In this document: in pieces, positions 8,225-18,031 of the stretch
Position numbering within the stretch: position 1 is the first letter of the stretch
Layout of the letters: the number at the start of each line of letters is the position of its first letter
DNA from: a virus
IMG/VR virus record: IMGVR_UViG_3300025304_000053
Reading direction: 5' to 3' (one strand)
DNA: 64,000 nt
Program-made: the position numbers and the translations under genes
The notes under the pieces: model-generated
What the model was told of the DNA's origin: nothing
Database searches by the model: none
The model's input: the letters and a program-made list of their open reading frames with translations, nothing else

Positions 8225-9280
8225 ATGCACTTGCTTATCGGCAAGAACGAACTGGCGCGCGTCATTTCCAGCGTCGCCAGAGTCGTCGAAAACCGCAATA
8301 CTATCGCCATCCTATCGTCTCTCCGCCTATCTGCGGAGGGTACCACCCTGACCGTCACCGGCACGGATCTCGACATCGTCGCCACCGCAACGGCACAGGC
8401 AGACGTCACCAAGTCCGGCGCCATCTGCGTCGATGCCAAGCTTCTCGGCGACATCGCCAAGAAGGCCGGCGGCGATATCTCCATGTCACTGGAAGGTGAC
8501 AATCTTATCGTGAAGTCGGGACGCAGTCGGTTCACGTTGCAGACGCTACCCGCCAATGAATTCCCGTCGCTGGATGGCGGCAAGTACGATGCGACGTTCG
8601 ACATCGACCTGGCGGGGCTGTTTGCGCCGGTGGCGTTTGCGATCTCGACGGAGGAAACGCGATACTACTTGAACGGCGTGTTCTTCAAGGGTACGGCTGA
8701 GGAATACACGGCGGTTGCGACCGACGGCCACCGGCTTTCGCGCCACGTCCAGCCAGGCGGTTACCCCTTCAACGGCATCATCGTTCCGCGTAAGACGGTC
8801 GGCCTTCTGCCAAAGGGCGTCGTGCAGGTGGCGGTCTCAGAAACCAAAATCCGTATCGTTGCCGGCGACCTAACGCTCACCAGCAAGTTGATCGACGGAA
8901 CTTTCCCTGACTACGAGCGCGTTATTCCGAAGAGCAATGACAAGGTTGTTGTCGTCGATCGCGATGCGATCATGAAGGCGGCGGACCGCGTCTCTGCGGT
9001 CAGCAGCGAGCGCGGCAGGGCGGTAAAGCTCACCGTCGCGCCTGGATCAATTTCGCTTCACGTCAGCAACCCTGATTCCGGCAGCGCTAACGATGAAGTC
9101 GAAGCGACATACAGTGGCGAGCCGATCGATATCGGATTCAACAGCCAATACGTGCGCGAAGTATTCGGCGTCTTGCCCGCAGGGGAGGTGACTATCGCCT
9201 TGGCGGATGCAGGTTCGCCGGCGCTGGTGACCGGCGGCAAGGAGGGGCTGACACTCGTAATTATGCCGATGCGCGTATGA
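8225..9280 (+). CDS. dnaN: DNA polymerase III beta sliding clamp
   Basis: GTDLD, STEETRYYLNGV, ATDGHRL, LIDGTFPDYERVIP, IGFNSQY, VIMPMR motifs. Confidence 0.95.
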   Translation: MHLLIGKNELARVISSVARVVENRNTIAILSSLRLSAEGTTLTVTGTDLDIVATATAQADVTKSGAICVDAKLLGDIAKKAGGDISMSLEGDNLIVKSGRSRFTLQTLPANEFPSLDGGKYDATFDIDLAGLFAPVAFAISTEETRYYLNGVFFKGTAEEYTAVATDGHRLSRHVQPGGYPFNGIIVPRKTVGLLPKGVVQVAVSETKIRIVAGDLTLTSKLIDGTFPDYERVIPKSNDKVVVVDRDAIMKAADRVSAVSSERGRAVKLTVAPGSISLHVSNPDSGSANDEVEATYSGEPIDIGFNSQYVREVFGVLPAGEVTIALADAGSPALVTGGKEGLTLVIMPMRV

Positions 9281-9573
9281 CGTCGGCTAGGGAGCAGGAA
9301 GGCGGGCCGTGGCGGCCCGCTAACGGCACTGACGGGATGGATTTTGATTTCCATTGGTGCAGCCATTGCCTGAACCGGAACGGTGACGGCGACTGGGAAG
9401 ACGAGTTTGGCAACGACATCGATGGCGCCTGCATCATTCAGGACTCGATGTTTTGGTCACCAGAGTTTCAGCCGGACGAACTCGTCATTCGTCATGGCAT
9501 GCCGTGGTGCACAGCGTTCCGCCAAGATCCAGCGCGTCCAGCACCGTGCTTATTCACCAAGGAGATGTTTTGA
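9277..9573 (+). CDS. Hypothetical Cys-containing protein
   Basis: PANGTDG..F...WC..C pattern; coupled. Confidence 0.65.
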   Translation: MTSAREQEGGPWRPANGTDGMDFDFHWCSHCLNRNGDGDWEDEFGNDIDGACIIQDSMFWSPEFQPDELVIRHGMPWCTAFRQDPARPAPCLFTKEMF

Positions 9574-9851
9574 TGCCGAAGTTCATGGTCGATTACACAT
9601 TCCAAGGACGATCAAGCCGCACTATCGTGGCCGAATCGAAAGAGGCCGCAGAGGCGATCGTCGAGGTCGAAGTCAATAAGGATGACTTCGACATTGATGC
9701 CGACAGCATCGACGATGTGAATTTCTATGTGCAGGAGATGCACCCTGTCACGCGAAATGGTAGGGAATTGTGGACTACTTACGTCCTCAAGGGTGACATC
9801 CGCTGCCCTCAGTCGGCGTTGGCTTCTTCGCCATTGTTTGCGGCCGCCTAA
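9573..9851 (+). CDS. Hypothetical protein
   Basis: TGATG coupling; ends in AAA. Confidence 0.65.
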   Translation: MPKFMVDYTFQGRSSRTIVAESKEAAEAIVEVEVNKDDFDIDADSIDDVNFYVQEMHPVTRNGRELWTTYVLKGDIRCPQSALASSPLFAAA

Positions 9852-10783
9852 TGGTCCCCATCCCCCGCCCGACATCATCAACCCAGCGCACCGTTCAAGA
9901 CGCGCTGGAAGCCCAAGGCGACGATTGGGAATCCGTTGGCGTGCCGGCGGGCGACATCGGCGTCGAGTGCGATCGAGCCGTCTGGCTTGCCTTCCGTCGC
10001 GCGTCTGTTCCCGAGGAAATCACATGGAAGAAGCGCCGCATCTTCGAACGTGGGAACATTGAGGAGGAACGGCTTCTCGACCTGCTCCGCCTGATCGGAG
10101 TTGAGGTGTGGGGCCAGCAAGAGCGCGTTCGTGCCGTTGGCGGACATCTGCGCGGGAAGATCGATGGACGCGCCCTTGGACTCATTGAGGCGCCGAAGAC
10201 TGAGCATGTCGTCGAATGCAAGTCATCAAACGAAGCAGCATTCAAGAAGGTAAAAAAGGACGGCGTAAAGATTGGCAAGCCTGAGCATTACGCAACATTC
10301 CAGTTCTACATGTACGGCCTTGGTATCGATCGCGTCTTCTACATGATGTCCAACAAGAACGACGAGGACTTGCATTTTGAGCGCGTCGAACTTGACCTTG
10401 AATATGCCATGCGGGCCGTTGCCAGGATCGAGCGTATCATCAATATGCCTGAACCACCCGGTCGCCTGTGCAGCAAACGCGATGACTTCCGAGGCATGTT
10501 CTGCCGCCAAGCCGAAGTGTGCTGGGGCGAGATTCGCGCGCGCTCGCACTGCAGGACTTGTTTGCATAGCACTCCGCTGATGGATGGCAATGCTGGATGG
10601 GACTGCAGCCGCTGGTCCAAACCGCTCTCGCTGGTCGAGCAAGACGCCGGCTGTCCGGCGATGCTGTACATCCCATCACTGATGGTCGGATGGGAGCAGG
10701 TGGATTGCGACGAGGAAAACGAGACGATTACCTACAGGTCACCGAACGGTGACATTTACGTTGACGGCGCCACCACCGCCTAG
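9851..10783 (+). CDS. Cas4-like / PD-(D/E)XK exonuclease
   Basis: FERGN..E, GKIDG, ECKS, Q..YM and C-terminal Cys cluster. Confidence 0.8.
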   Translation: MVPIPRPTSSTQRTVQDALEAQGDDWESVGVPAGDIGVECDRAVWLAFRRASVPEEITWKKRRIFERGNIEEERLLDLLRLIGVEVWGQQERVRAVGGHLRGKIDGRALGLIEAPKTEHVVECKSSNEAAFKKVKKDGVKIGKPEHYATFQFYMYGLGIDRVFYMMSNKNDEDLHFERVELDLEYAMRAVARIERIINMPEPPGRLCSKRDDFRGMFCRQAEVCWGEIRARSHCRTCLHSTPLMDGNAGWDCSRWSKPLSLVEQDAGCPAMLYIPSLMVGWEQVDCDEENETITYRSPNGDIYVDGATTA

Positions 10784-10805
10784 ACCACCACAAGAGGAGA
10801 TCACG

Positions 10806-11003
10806 ATGACCAGCAAAGACGGATGGACACGGAAGTTCAAGGGCAATGAGAACGGCGGAGCTCGCATATACATACATCCGGACGCTCTAGATAGCAGGGC
10901 GATCGTAGAAAACCAGAATGGGATTTGGTTCAACGGCAAGCAATTCTTCTTCATTGAAGATGCCAAACGTGCCGCGCTCGCGCACTTGCAGGTGTCGCGA
11001 TGA
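10806..11003 (+). CDS. Small hypothetical protein
   Basis: AGAGGAG RBS before ATG 10806. Confidence 0.6.
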   Translation: MTSKDGWTRKFKGNENGGARIYIHPDALDSRAIVENQNGIWFNGKQFFFIEDAKRAALAHLQVSR

Positions 11004-11488
11004 CCAGACCACCCGAATTCGACCGCGCCCTAGTCGCCTACCTGCCGGGCCTGCGTAAGCGGGCCGCGTTTGTTACGCATACCGAGGCCGAGGCGGAAGA
11101 ACTGCTGCAGGAGACAGTAGCAGACATGCTGGCATCCTGGCACCTGTGCCGCATGGAGACGTTCAAGATGTGGGCGCAACTCAAGATGTGGCAGGTTCAA
11201 TTCGACTTGCGGCAGAAGGCTGGCCGCATGAAGCGGCGGGCAGAATTCGTCGATGTGTCGCGCATCGAAGTTTCGACACCGCCGGTGCAAGAGCACGCCG
11301 TCGAGCTCGCGCAGGTCATCGCCAAACTCGCCAACATCCACAATGGCGACATCGTGCTGCGGCGCGCCTCTGGCGAACTACTGAAGGATATCGGCGCCGA
11401 GAACGGCACATCGCGGGAAAACATCCGGCAGAAAGAGGAGCGGGCCATGCGTCTGCTGCGACAGCGCACGGGGAGGGTTGCGGCATGA
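11000..11488 (+). CDS. ECF sigma70-like protein 1
   Basis: Region-2-like YLPGLRKRA...AEELLQET and region-4-like HTH GTSRENIRQKEERAMRLLR. Confidence 0.7.
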   Translation: MTRPPEFDRALVAYLPGLRKRAAFVTHTEAEAEELLQETVADMLASWHLCRMETFKMWAQLKMWQVQFDLRQKAGRMKRRAEFVDVSRIEVSTPPVQEHAVELAQVIAKLANIHNGDIVLRRASGELLKDIGAENGTSRENIRQKEERAMRLLRQRTGRVAA

Positions 11489-12012
11489 CCAACGCACCCG
11501 CCACCACCCCAGCCAACGACAACAAACCCACCGCCGCAAGGCCTGCATCCTTCGACGACCGCATCATCGCCTATCTTCCAGGCCTCTACCGCCTGGCCCG
11601 CAAACACGGCCGCCGCGGTGACGCCCGCCACGATCTCGTCAACGACACGATCGTTTACGCCTTGGAACACTGGACCAACTTCCGCGAGGACGGCGGGCTT
11701 TGGAACTGGCTGTCCTGGCAGATGCGCGGCCTGGTGAGCAATGGTGGCAAGCGCGGCACGCTGCACATCGTTGATGACCGTGACGGGATGAAAGCCGCTC
11801 GCCATGTCATGGATCCGACCCAGCAGACGCAGGCCGAGCTTTCCGAGACGCTGCGTCGGTTGCGTGGCCGCGATGGCGCTGTCCTGCTGCGCCGCGCCAT
11901 GGGCGAAGAACTGCATGTCATTGCCGGCGAACTGGGAATTTCCACGGAGCGCGTGCGGCAGCTCGAGGCGCGTGAGCGTGCGCGGCTGCGCGAGATGGGG
12001 GAGGCGGCGTGA
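11485..12012 (+). CDS. ECF sigma70-like protein 2 (paralogue)
   Basis: YLPGLYRLA...DLVNDT...ALEHWTNF; IAGELGISTERVRQLEARERARLR. Confidence 0.75.
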   Translation: MTNAPATTPANDNKPTAARPASFDDRIIAYLPGLYRLARKHGRRGDARHDLVNDTIVYALEHWTNFREDGGLWNWLSWQMRGLVSNGGKRGTLHIVDDRDGMKAARHVMDPTQQTQAELSETLRRLRGRDGAVLLRRAMGEELHVIAGELGISTERVRQLEARERARLREMGEAA

Positions 12013-12690
12013 TGGAGGATCTGTTCGCCGCCAATCAGAACACGCGTGCTGAGGACTTTTGGGCTGGACTCGACCTCAACAAGCTCCCGAAAACATCAAA
12101 GGATGCCTCAAGCTTAGGTGTAAAGTTCTTCTACACTAGCGAAGAGTGCATCCATGGCCACGATTCCCCCCAAGTACACTGCTGGCGGCAGGTGTGTTGC
12201 ATGTACTAGGATGAGCTCTGCACGGCAACAGAACAAAGAATACAAAGGCAATAACAGAGCCGCAAGGGCAAATATACAAAGAGCCATTGCATCAATGGAT
12301 ATGAAGAAAACTTATGAACCGACTAGGCCCTGCAAGCATGGCCACCTGTTGAGGTATGTAAGCTCGAATAACTGCGTCGAATGCAGTATTAATACAGCAA
12401 AAAACCGCCGCGAAAAAGCTAAGGATGAAAGACTTGTAAGATTGTACGGAATAACATCGGCTGAACGAGAGGTAATGGCGGAAAACCAGAGTTTTAAGTG
12501 CGCTATATGCAAGGAACAATTTGCCGACAATCGGTCAATGCACGTTGATCATTGTCACTCGTCTGGCGCCGTTCGCTCGCTTCTTTGCTCTCCATGCAAT
12601 CAAGGTATCGGCCTCCTCAAGGAAGACCCGGCCATCATACGGGCTGCCGCCGACTACGTAGAATTCCACGCAGCGAGGCTCGCCGCATGA
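12009..12690 (+). pseudogene. Endonuclease VII-like (HNH) nuclease interrupted by a +1 frameshift at C6 (12166-12171)
   Basis: ORF 12009 ends ...CIHGHDSP and ORF 12154 continues KYTAGGRCVAC; C-terminus has CAIC...HVDHCH...RSLLCSPCN. Confidence 0.7.
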
Positions 12691-14468
12691 CCTTCGTTCC
12701 AAGATACTACCAAGTCGAGGCCGTCGACGCGATCTTCGACTACTGGCAGGACGAGCCAGGCCATCCGCTTGTCGACATGGCCGGCGGCTCTGGCAAGTCA
12801 GGCACCATGGCCATGGTCATAAAGCGCCTTATCGAAGGTTGGCCGGATATGCGCGTTCTGTCGTGCGTCCACGTCGAAGAGTTGGTCGGCGACAATTTTA
12901 AAGAATTCATCGGCCTATGCCCATTCGCCCCTGCGGGTATTTATGCCGCCAGCCTTGGGCGCAGAGATCGGCAAGCGCAAGTCATGTTCGCGCAATTGCA
13001 AACGGTCTGGGACAAGGCGCTGGAAATCGGCCACGTCGACGTCATGATCATTGACGAGGTACATCTTGTGCCGAACGACGGCAACACGATGTATCGCAAG
13101 CTGATTGCGGCTCTTATGGCCATCAACCCTGACATGAAACTGGTCGGTTTCACCGCAACCCCATATCGTCTCGATTCTGGCCGACTTGACGAAGGTGAAG
13201 ACCGTCTTTTCGATTGCGTGGTCTATACCTACAGTCTGGCGCAGGGCATTGAGGACGGATACCTTTCCCGCCTCACCAGCAAGCCGGTTGAGACACGGTA
13301 CGACATGACAGGCGTGCATCGTCTTGGTGGCGACTTCAAGAAGTCCGACCTAGCCAAAGCGACCGACAAGGAAGAACTCACGAAGGCAGCCGTCGCGGAA
13401 ATCATGGCCGCTGCTCACGCGGAGGACAGAGGAACTGCAGTTATTTTCTGCAACGGCATAGAGCACGCCACTCACGTTCGTGATGAAATCCGTCTATACG
13501 GCAAGTCGTGTGAGGTATTAAGCGGCAAGACGCCGAAGACTGAGCGCAGGAAGATCATTGCCGATCTGAAGGCTGGTCGCCTGTGGGGGTGCACCAACGA
13601 CAATGTACTTTCGACAGGCACAAACATACCGTGCATTGATCTTGTTGCCGATATGGCACCCACAGAAAGCACAAACCGTTATGTTCAGCGCGCAGTTCGG
13701 GGCACGCGTGTAGTCTGGCCTGCTGGCTTTAAGCCAGACGAACATGACGCTGACGAGCGCAAGGCTGCAATTGCGCGCGGCCCTAAACCTAACTGCCGCT
13801 ATATGAACTTTGCGGGCAACATCGAGCGACACGGGCCTGTGGATGCAGTCAACCCGAAGAAGCCAGGCGACGGAAAGGGTGAGGCTCCAATCAAGCTTTG
13901 CCCGACCGACACAGCCGACCGCACTGGGAAGTTTGGGTGCGAGGAAATCTGCGCCGCGAGCGCTAGGGTTTGCCCGAACTGCGACTATGAATTCGAGTTT
14001 GTCGAGAAGCCGGGCTTCACGGCGCGGCCGACCGATGTTGCGATTCTGGCGACCGTGGCCGAAGAGGATTGGCGAAAGGTAACGGATAGGAAGTTCTTCC
14101 ACCATCCAGGTAAAGACGGCAAGCCGGATAGCGTCAAAATCGTCTACATGGCGGGCTATACCGCGATCAACGAGTGGACCTGTCCGGCCCATAGTGGCTT
14201 TCCCAAGACCAAGGCAGACAAGTATTGGCGAGCACACGGGGGAAAGACACCGTTCCCTAAAACGCCACTGGAATGGCTTCAGCGGCAGGGAGAGTTGAAG
14301 GAAACCGCAGAAATATCAGTCGTTCCGAACAAGAAGTATTGGAACGTCGTTGACTTCAGGGTGGGTGAACACGCCGCCAACGACAATGACGAGCCGGCGG
14401 CGAATGATAACCGGCCAGCGGGTGACGAGGATTGGCGGGCGCTGCTGGACACGGATATTCCCTTCTGA
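12687..14468 (+). CDS. Superfamily 2 DNA helicase (RadD/UvsW-like)
   Basis: GSGKS, DEVH, TATPYR, Q..VRGTR, CP..C zinc motif. Confidence 0.9.
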   Translation: MTFVPRYYQVEAVDAIFDYWQDEPGHPLVDMAGGSGKSGTMAMVIKRLIEGWPDMRVLSCVHVEELVGDNFKEFIGLCPFAPAGIYAASLGRRDRQAQVMFAQLQTVWDKALEIGHVDVMIIDEVHLVPNDGNTMYRKLIAALMAINPDMKLVGFTATPYRLDSGRLDEGEDRLFDCVVYTYSLAQGIEDGYLSRLTSKPVETRYDMTGVHRLGGDFKKSDLAKATDKEELTKAAVAEIMAAAHAEDRGTAVIFCNGIEHATHVRDEIRLYGKSCEVLSGKTPKTERRKIIADLKAGRLWGCTNDNVLSTGTNIPCIDLVADMAPTESTNRYVQRAVRGTRVVWPAGFKPDEHDADERKAAIARGPKPNCRYMNFAGNIERHGPVDAVNPKKPGDGKGEAPIKLCPTDTADRTGKFGCEEICAASARVCPNCDYEFEFVEKPGFTARPTDVAILATVAEEDWRKVTDRKFFHHPGKDGKPDSVKIVYMAGYTAINEWTCPAHSGFPKTKADKYWRAHGGKTPFPKTPLEWLQRQGELKETAEISVVPNKKYWNVVDFRVGEHAANDNDEPAANDNRPAGDEDWRALLDTDIPF

Positions 14469-14470
14469 TC

Positions 14471-14499
14471 TTGACAAATTTGTAAAAACATACTATGGG
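14471..14499 (+). promoter_or_regulatory. Operator A/promoter upstream of rtcB
   Basis: TTGACAAATTTGTAAAAA; TA at exactly 17 nt spacing. Confidence 0.75.
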
Positions 14500-14535
14500 T
14501 AAGCTACCAAAGCCACCACGACCAGAGGAGATTGC

Positions 14536-15708
14536 ATGACCTTCAAGATTTACGGTCAGCACGATGACCGCACCATCGGCCAGATGGAAACATGCATGAA
14601 CACGGGAAGCGCTGCAGCTGGAGTGCTTTGCGCCGACGGCCATCTCGGCTACGCGCACCCAATCGGCGGCGTGGTTGGTTACACCGACCACATCAGCATC
14701 AGCGGCGTCGGATTCGACATCGCGTGCGGCAACATGGCGGTGCGGTTAGACACCCCATATGCCGATATTTCCGCACACATCGGCACCATACTTCAAGACA
14801 TTCAGTCCGTCATTTCGTTCGGCGTTGGCCGAAAAAACGAAGAGCGCGTCGAGCATGAGTTGTTCGACCGAGACGACCTTTGGCGCGCTGCAGACGTGCC
14901 GGAACTTAAGTCCATGGCTCAAGGCCAGCTTGGCACGGTCGGGTCAGGCAATCATTATGTCGATATCTTCGAAGATGACGACGGCGCAACGTGGATCGGC
15001 GTGCACTTCGGATCTCGCGGTCTTGGCCACAAGATCACGACGAAATATCTGGGGATGGCCGGGGCGAAGGACGGCATGGAAGTGCCACCGGCGCTTATGC
15101 CAGCCGATAGCGACATGGGGCGCGGCTATCTCGCAGGCATTGAGCTTGGCGGGCTGTACGCCTACGCTGGCCGTGAATGGGTGGTCGAGCGGGTGCGCAA
15201 GATCATCGGTGGCGCCGTGACCTTTCAGGTTCACAACCATCACAACTTCGCTTGGCGCGAAACGCACGGCGGCGTCGATATGTGGGTCGTTCGAAAGGGT
15301 GCGACACCCGCCTTTCCGGGGCAGTTCGGATTCGTCGGCGGGTCTATGGGAGACGACGCCGTCATTCTGAGCGGCGTGGACAGCGCCGAAAGCGCTGCGG
15401 CGCTATACTCGACCGTTCATGGCGCCGGTCGCGTTATGTCTCGCACGGAGGCGCGCGGCCGGTTCGTGAAGGTGGATGGTAAGAAGATCCGCCAGCCTGG
15501 AAAGGTGCGCCACGACGAATGGCAGCAGTGGATCCGCGATAAGGGCGTGACCGTTTTGGGCAGCGATCTCGACGAGGCGCCGCAGGCATACCGCCGTCTG
15601 CCGGAGGTTCTGGCCGCACATTCGGGCACGATCTCTATTGAACACGTTCTGCATCCGCGCGGCGTCATCATGGCCGGGGCCTCTGAATTCGATCCGTATA
15701 AGGACTAA
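14536..15708 (+). CDS. rtcB: RtcB-family RNA ligase (3'-phosphate/2',3'-cyclic phosphate to 5'-OH)
   Basis: DGHLGY, GFDIACG, LGTVGSGNHY, HFGSRG, HNHHN, HGAGR, DEAPQAYR motifs. Confidence 0.93.
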   Translation: MTFKIYGQHDDRTIGQMETCMNTGSAAAGVLCADGHLGYAHPIGGVVGYTDHISISGVGFDIACGNMAVRLDTPYADISAHIGTILQDIQSVISFGVGRKNEERVEHELFDRDDLWRAADVPELKSMAQGQLGTVGSGNHYVDIFEDDDGATWIGVHFGSRGLGHKITTKYLGMAGAKDGMEVPPALMPADSDMGRGYLAGIELGGLYAYAGREWVVERVRKIIGGAVTFQVHNHHNFAWRETHGGVDMWVVRKGATPAFPGQFGFVGGSMGDDAVILSGVDSAESAAALYSTVHGAGRVMSRTEARGRFVKVDGKKIRQPGKVRHDEWQQWIRDKGVTVLGSDLDEAPQAYRRLPEVLAAHSGTISIEHVLHPRGVIMAGASEFDPYKD

Positions 15709-15713
15709 CCACC

Positions 15714-16106
15714 ATGACCGACCTCGAACACGCCATTGATATGGCTGTCAACTTGCACGCCGGTCAGGTGGACAAAAGCGGACAGCCATACATCCTGCAT
15801 CCACTTCGCGTCATGCTGTCGCTCGAAGGCGAGGTGGATATGATTGTCGGCATTCTCCACGACGTGGTCGAAGATTGCGGTGTTGGCCACGGCGACATCC
15901 TCGCTTTGTTCGGCGAAGATGTTTGGTCAGCCGTGATAGCGCTGACTCGCGACGAAGATGAATCTTACGAAGACTTCATTCGTCGGGCAAAAGCCAACGA
16001 AATAGCGCGGCGCGTCAAGATCGCCGACATCCTAGACAACATGCGACCCGGCGCCGAACACCTCTTGCCGCGCTACGAGAAAGCGCTAGCCATTCTACTA
16101 GCCTAA
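15714..16106 (+). CDS. HD-domain hydrolase of the SpoT/Mesh1 (small alarmone hydrolase) type
   Basis: HAGQVDKSGQPYILHP, LHDVVED, VKIADILDN. Confidence 0.8.
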   Translation: MTDLEHAIDMAVNLHAGQVDKSGQPYILHPLRVMLSLEGEVDMIVGILHDVVEDCGVGHGDILALFGEDVWSAVIALTRDEDESYEDFIRRAKANEIARRVKIADILDNMRPGAEHLLPRYEKALAILLA

Positions 16107-16157
16107 CCACCAGCGCCCCACCAAGCGCGACCACCACATCTCAGAGGAGACTAGACT

Positions 16158-16535
16158 ATGGGTTATTTTGACTGCGTGTCTTTCAGCACGCTGCTCGGCA
16201 AGACGCTGACCGAAGTCAGACAAGTGGGCAATGACGAAATCTTCTTCACCACTTCCGATGGCGACGCCTACAGGATGTATCATTCGCAGGACTGCTGCGA
16301 GTCTGTCACGATCGATGACATTGAGGGAGACCTGCAGTCGCTGGTCGGCAATCCTATCCTCGTTGCCGAAGAAGTCAGCAACAGCGATAGCCGCGATCCA
16401 GAGCAGGAATACGACTCATTTACGTGGACCTTCTACAAACTCGCGACCATCAAGGGCCACGTCGACATTCGCTGGTTCGGTTCGTCGAATGGCTACTATT
16501 CCGAGTCCGTTGACTTTGAGAAGGTGGCCGCATGA
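16158..16535 (+). CDS. Conserved phage protein
   Basis: QDCCESV and WFGSSNGYYSE motifs; strong RBS. Confidence 0.75.
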   Translation: MGYFDCVSFSTLLGKTLTEVRQVGNDEIFFTTSDGDAYRMYHSQDCCESVTIDDIEGDLQSLVGNPILVAEEVSNSDSRDPEQEYDSFTWTFYKLATIKGHVDIRWFGSSNGYYSESVDFEKVAA

Positions 16536-17281
16536 CCGACACCTTCAACCCCACCGACATCGCCGGCCTTCCTCCCAAGGACCACAACCAACCGACTCCC
16601 AGCCCCTTTGACGAGATCCGCCAGGAAATCGAAGATCTCTTCGACGAGGCCAAAAACTTCTGTGACGGCGAGCCTATCGACTCTCCGGCACTGGCCGACG
16701 CCATCACGGCGCTGCACGACCGCATCCACGCGGCAGGCCAGCGTGCCGACACGCTGCGGACAGAGGAAAAGAAGCCGCTCGACGACCAGATCGCTGCGAT
16801 CCAGTCGCGCTACCATCCGCTCATCGGTAACACGAAGGCAGGCAAGGGCAAGGTTGTTCTCGGCAAGGAGGCGTGCCAGTCGCTCCTGACGCCGTGGCGC
16901 GCTCGTGTCGCCGCAGAAAAAGCCGCAGAAGCCGCGGTCGTAGCTGCAAAGGCAGAAGCCGCGCGACAGGCAGCGCAGGAGGCCATCCGCGCCTCGTCGG
17001 GTAATCTTGCCGCCCGCGAAGAAGCCGAAGAACTGCTCGCCGGCGCCAAGAAGCTGGAGAAGGCCGCCAACCGTGCCGAGAAGGCGGCGACGACCGGGAC
17101 GGGGTTGCGGACGGTGTACGACGTGACACTGGTAGACGAGGAGGCGGCCATGGACTGGCTGTGGGCTCGTGCCAAGGCGGAGGTGCTCGCTGTCGCCCAG
17201 CGCAACGCCGAGGAGGTTGTGCGTGGTGGGGCGCGCGCGGTGCCTGGGTTCAAGGTTGAAGAGCGGAAGGTGGCGCGGTGA
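16532..17281 (+). CDS. Coiled-coil phage protein
   Basis: Ala/Glu/Lys-rich helical ORF, ATGA coupled. Confidence 0.7.
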   Translation: MTDTFNPTDIAGLPPKDHNQPTPSPFDEIRQEIEDLFDEAKNFCDGEPIDSPALADAITALHDRIHAAGQRADTLRTEEKKPLDDQIAAIQSRYHPLIGNTKAGKGKVVLGKEACQSLLTPWRARVAAEKAAEAAVVAAKAEAARQAAQEAIRASSGNLAAREEAEELLAGAKKLEKAANRAEKAATTGTGLRTVYDVTLVDEEAAMDWLWARAKAEVLAVAQRNAEEVVRGGARAVPGFKVEERKVAR

Positions 17282-17610
17282 TGGCATATTACCTCTACGA
17301 CCCGGGTGACTGCGACTCGACGGAGCACGCTTCACTTGCCGACGCCATGAAGGCCGGCAATGACCTTATCGCCATTTACCGCGACCAATGCGACCCGGAA
17401 TGGCCTGAATATGTCGAAGACATCGCTATCTATGAAGGCGAGAAACATTCCGATGATTGCGGCGGAAGGCTTGTTGCTCGGTCCGTCACATGCGACCGAA
17501 TCGAGCGGCCTGACGACGTAGACGAGGAGGGATATTCTCCGTCCGAAGACAAGTGGTTCGACCAAGTGGACTTCTACTGCGACTACAAGATGGAGCTTGC
17601 CAATGTTTGA
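17278..17610 (+). CDS. Acidic hypothetical protein
   Basis: Coupled ORF in operon. Confidence 0.6.
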   Translation: MMAYYLYDPGDCDSTEHASLADAMKAGNDLIAIYRDQCDPEWPEYVEDIAIYEGEKHSDDCGGRLVARSVTCDRIERPDDVDEEGYSPSEDKWFDQVDFYCDYKMELANV

Positions 17611-18031
17611 CTCCGAGATGCAAGCTTCCCTCATTGCCGACGGCGAGAAGCTGGCCGTACTTACGGGCGAGGACCATGGGCCTTGGCCTCTGACAACAGA
17701 CGAGACGCCATGCCCACGATGTGAAGAGGTAGGACTATGGCGAGAAAGCGCCGATGTAGGCGTCGGCATCATCTACGGGCCGTATGGCTGCCCGTGCTGC
17801 GGCTGGTGCGAGAACGAGGAATACGATCTGCAGAAGGGCGGCGGAGTGCAAGAGGACGGCTCGTATCTGGATCCGTATGGCGTATTGCTGCCGTCTAGCA
17901 ACCCGATTGCGAAGATGCTTGCGCGGGAGGCGCGGCGCGGCGGCACAGTCTGTCCTTCTGATTTTAAGCCAATCTTCGGAGAACTTCCGAACTCAAGTCC
18001 ATTCGTCCCAAGGACGGAGCCAGCCCCATGA
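17597..18031 (+). CDS. Zn-finger-like hypothetical protein
   Basis: CPRC...CPCCGW motifs. Confidence 0.6.
   Translation: MPMFDSEMQASLIADGEKLAVLTGEDHGPWPLTTDETPCPRCEEVGLWRESADVGVGIIYGPYGCPCCGWCENEEYDLQKGGGVQEDGSYLDPYGVLLPSSNPIAKMLAREARRGGTVCPSDFKPIFGELPNSSPFVPRTEPAP

Noticed and set aside
9851-10783. Cas4-like nuclease as a sign of CRISPR
   Set aside because: No repeat-spacer array or other cas genes are visible; Cas4-like exonucleases are routine partners of Sak4 in phage recombination modules
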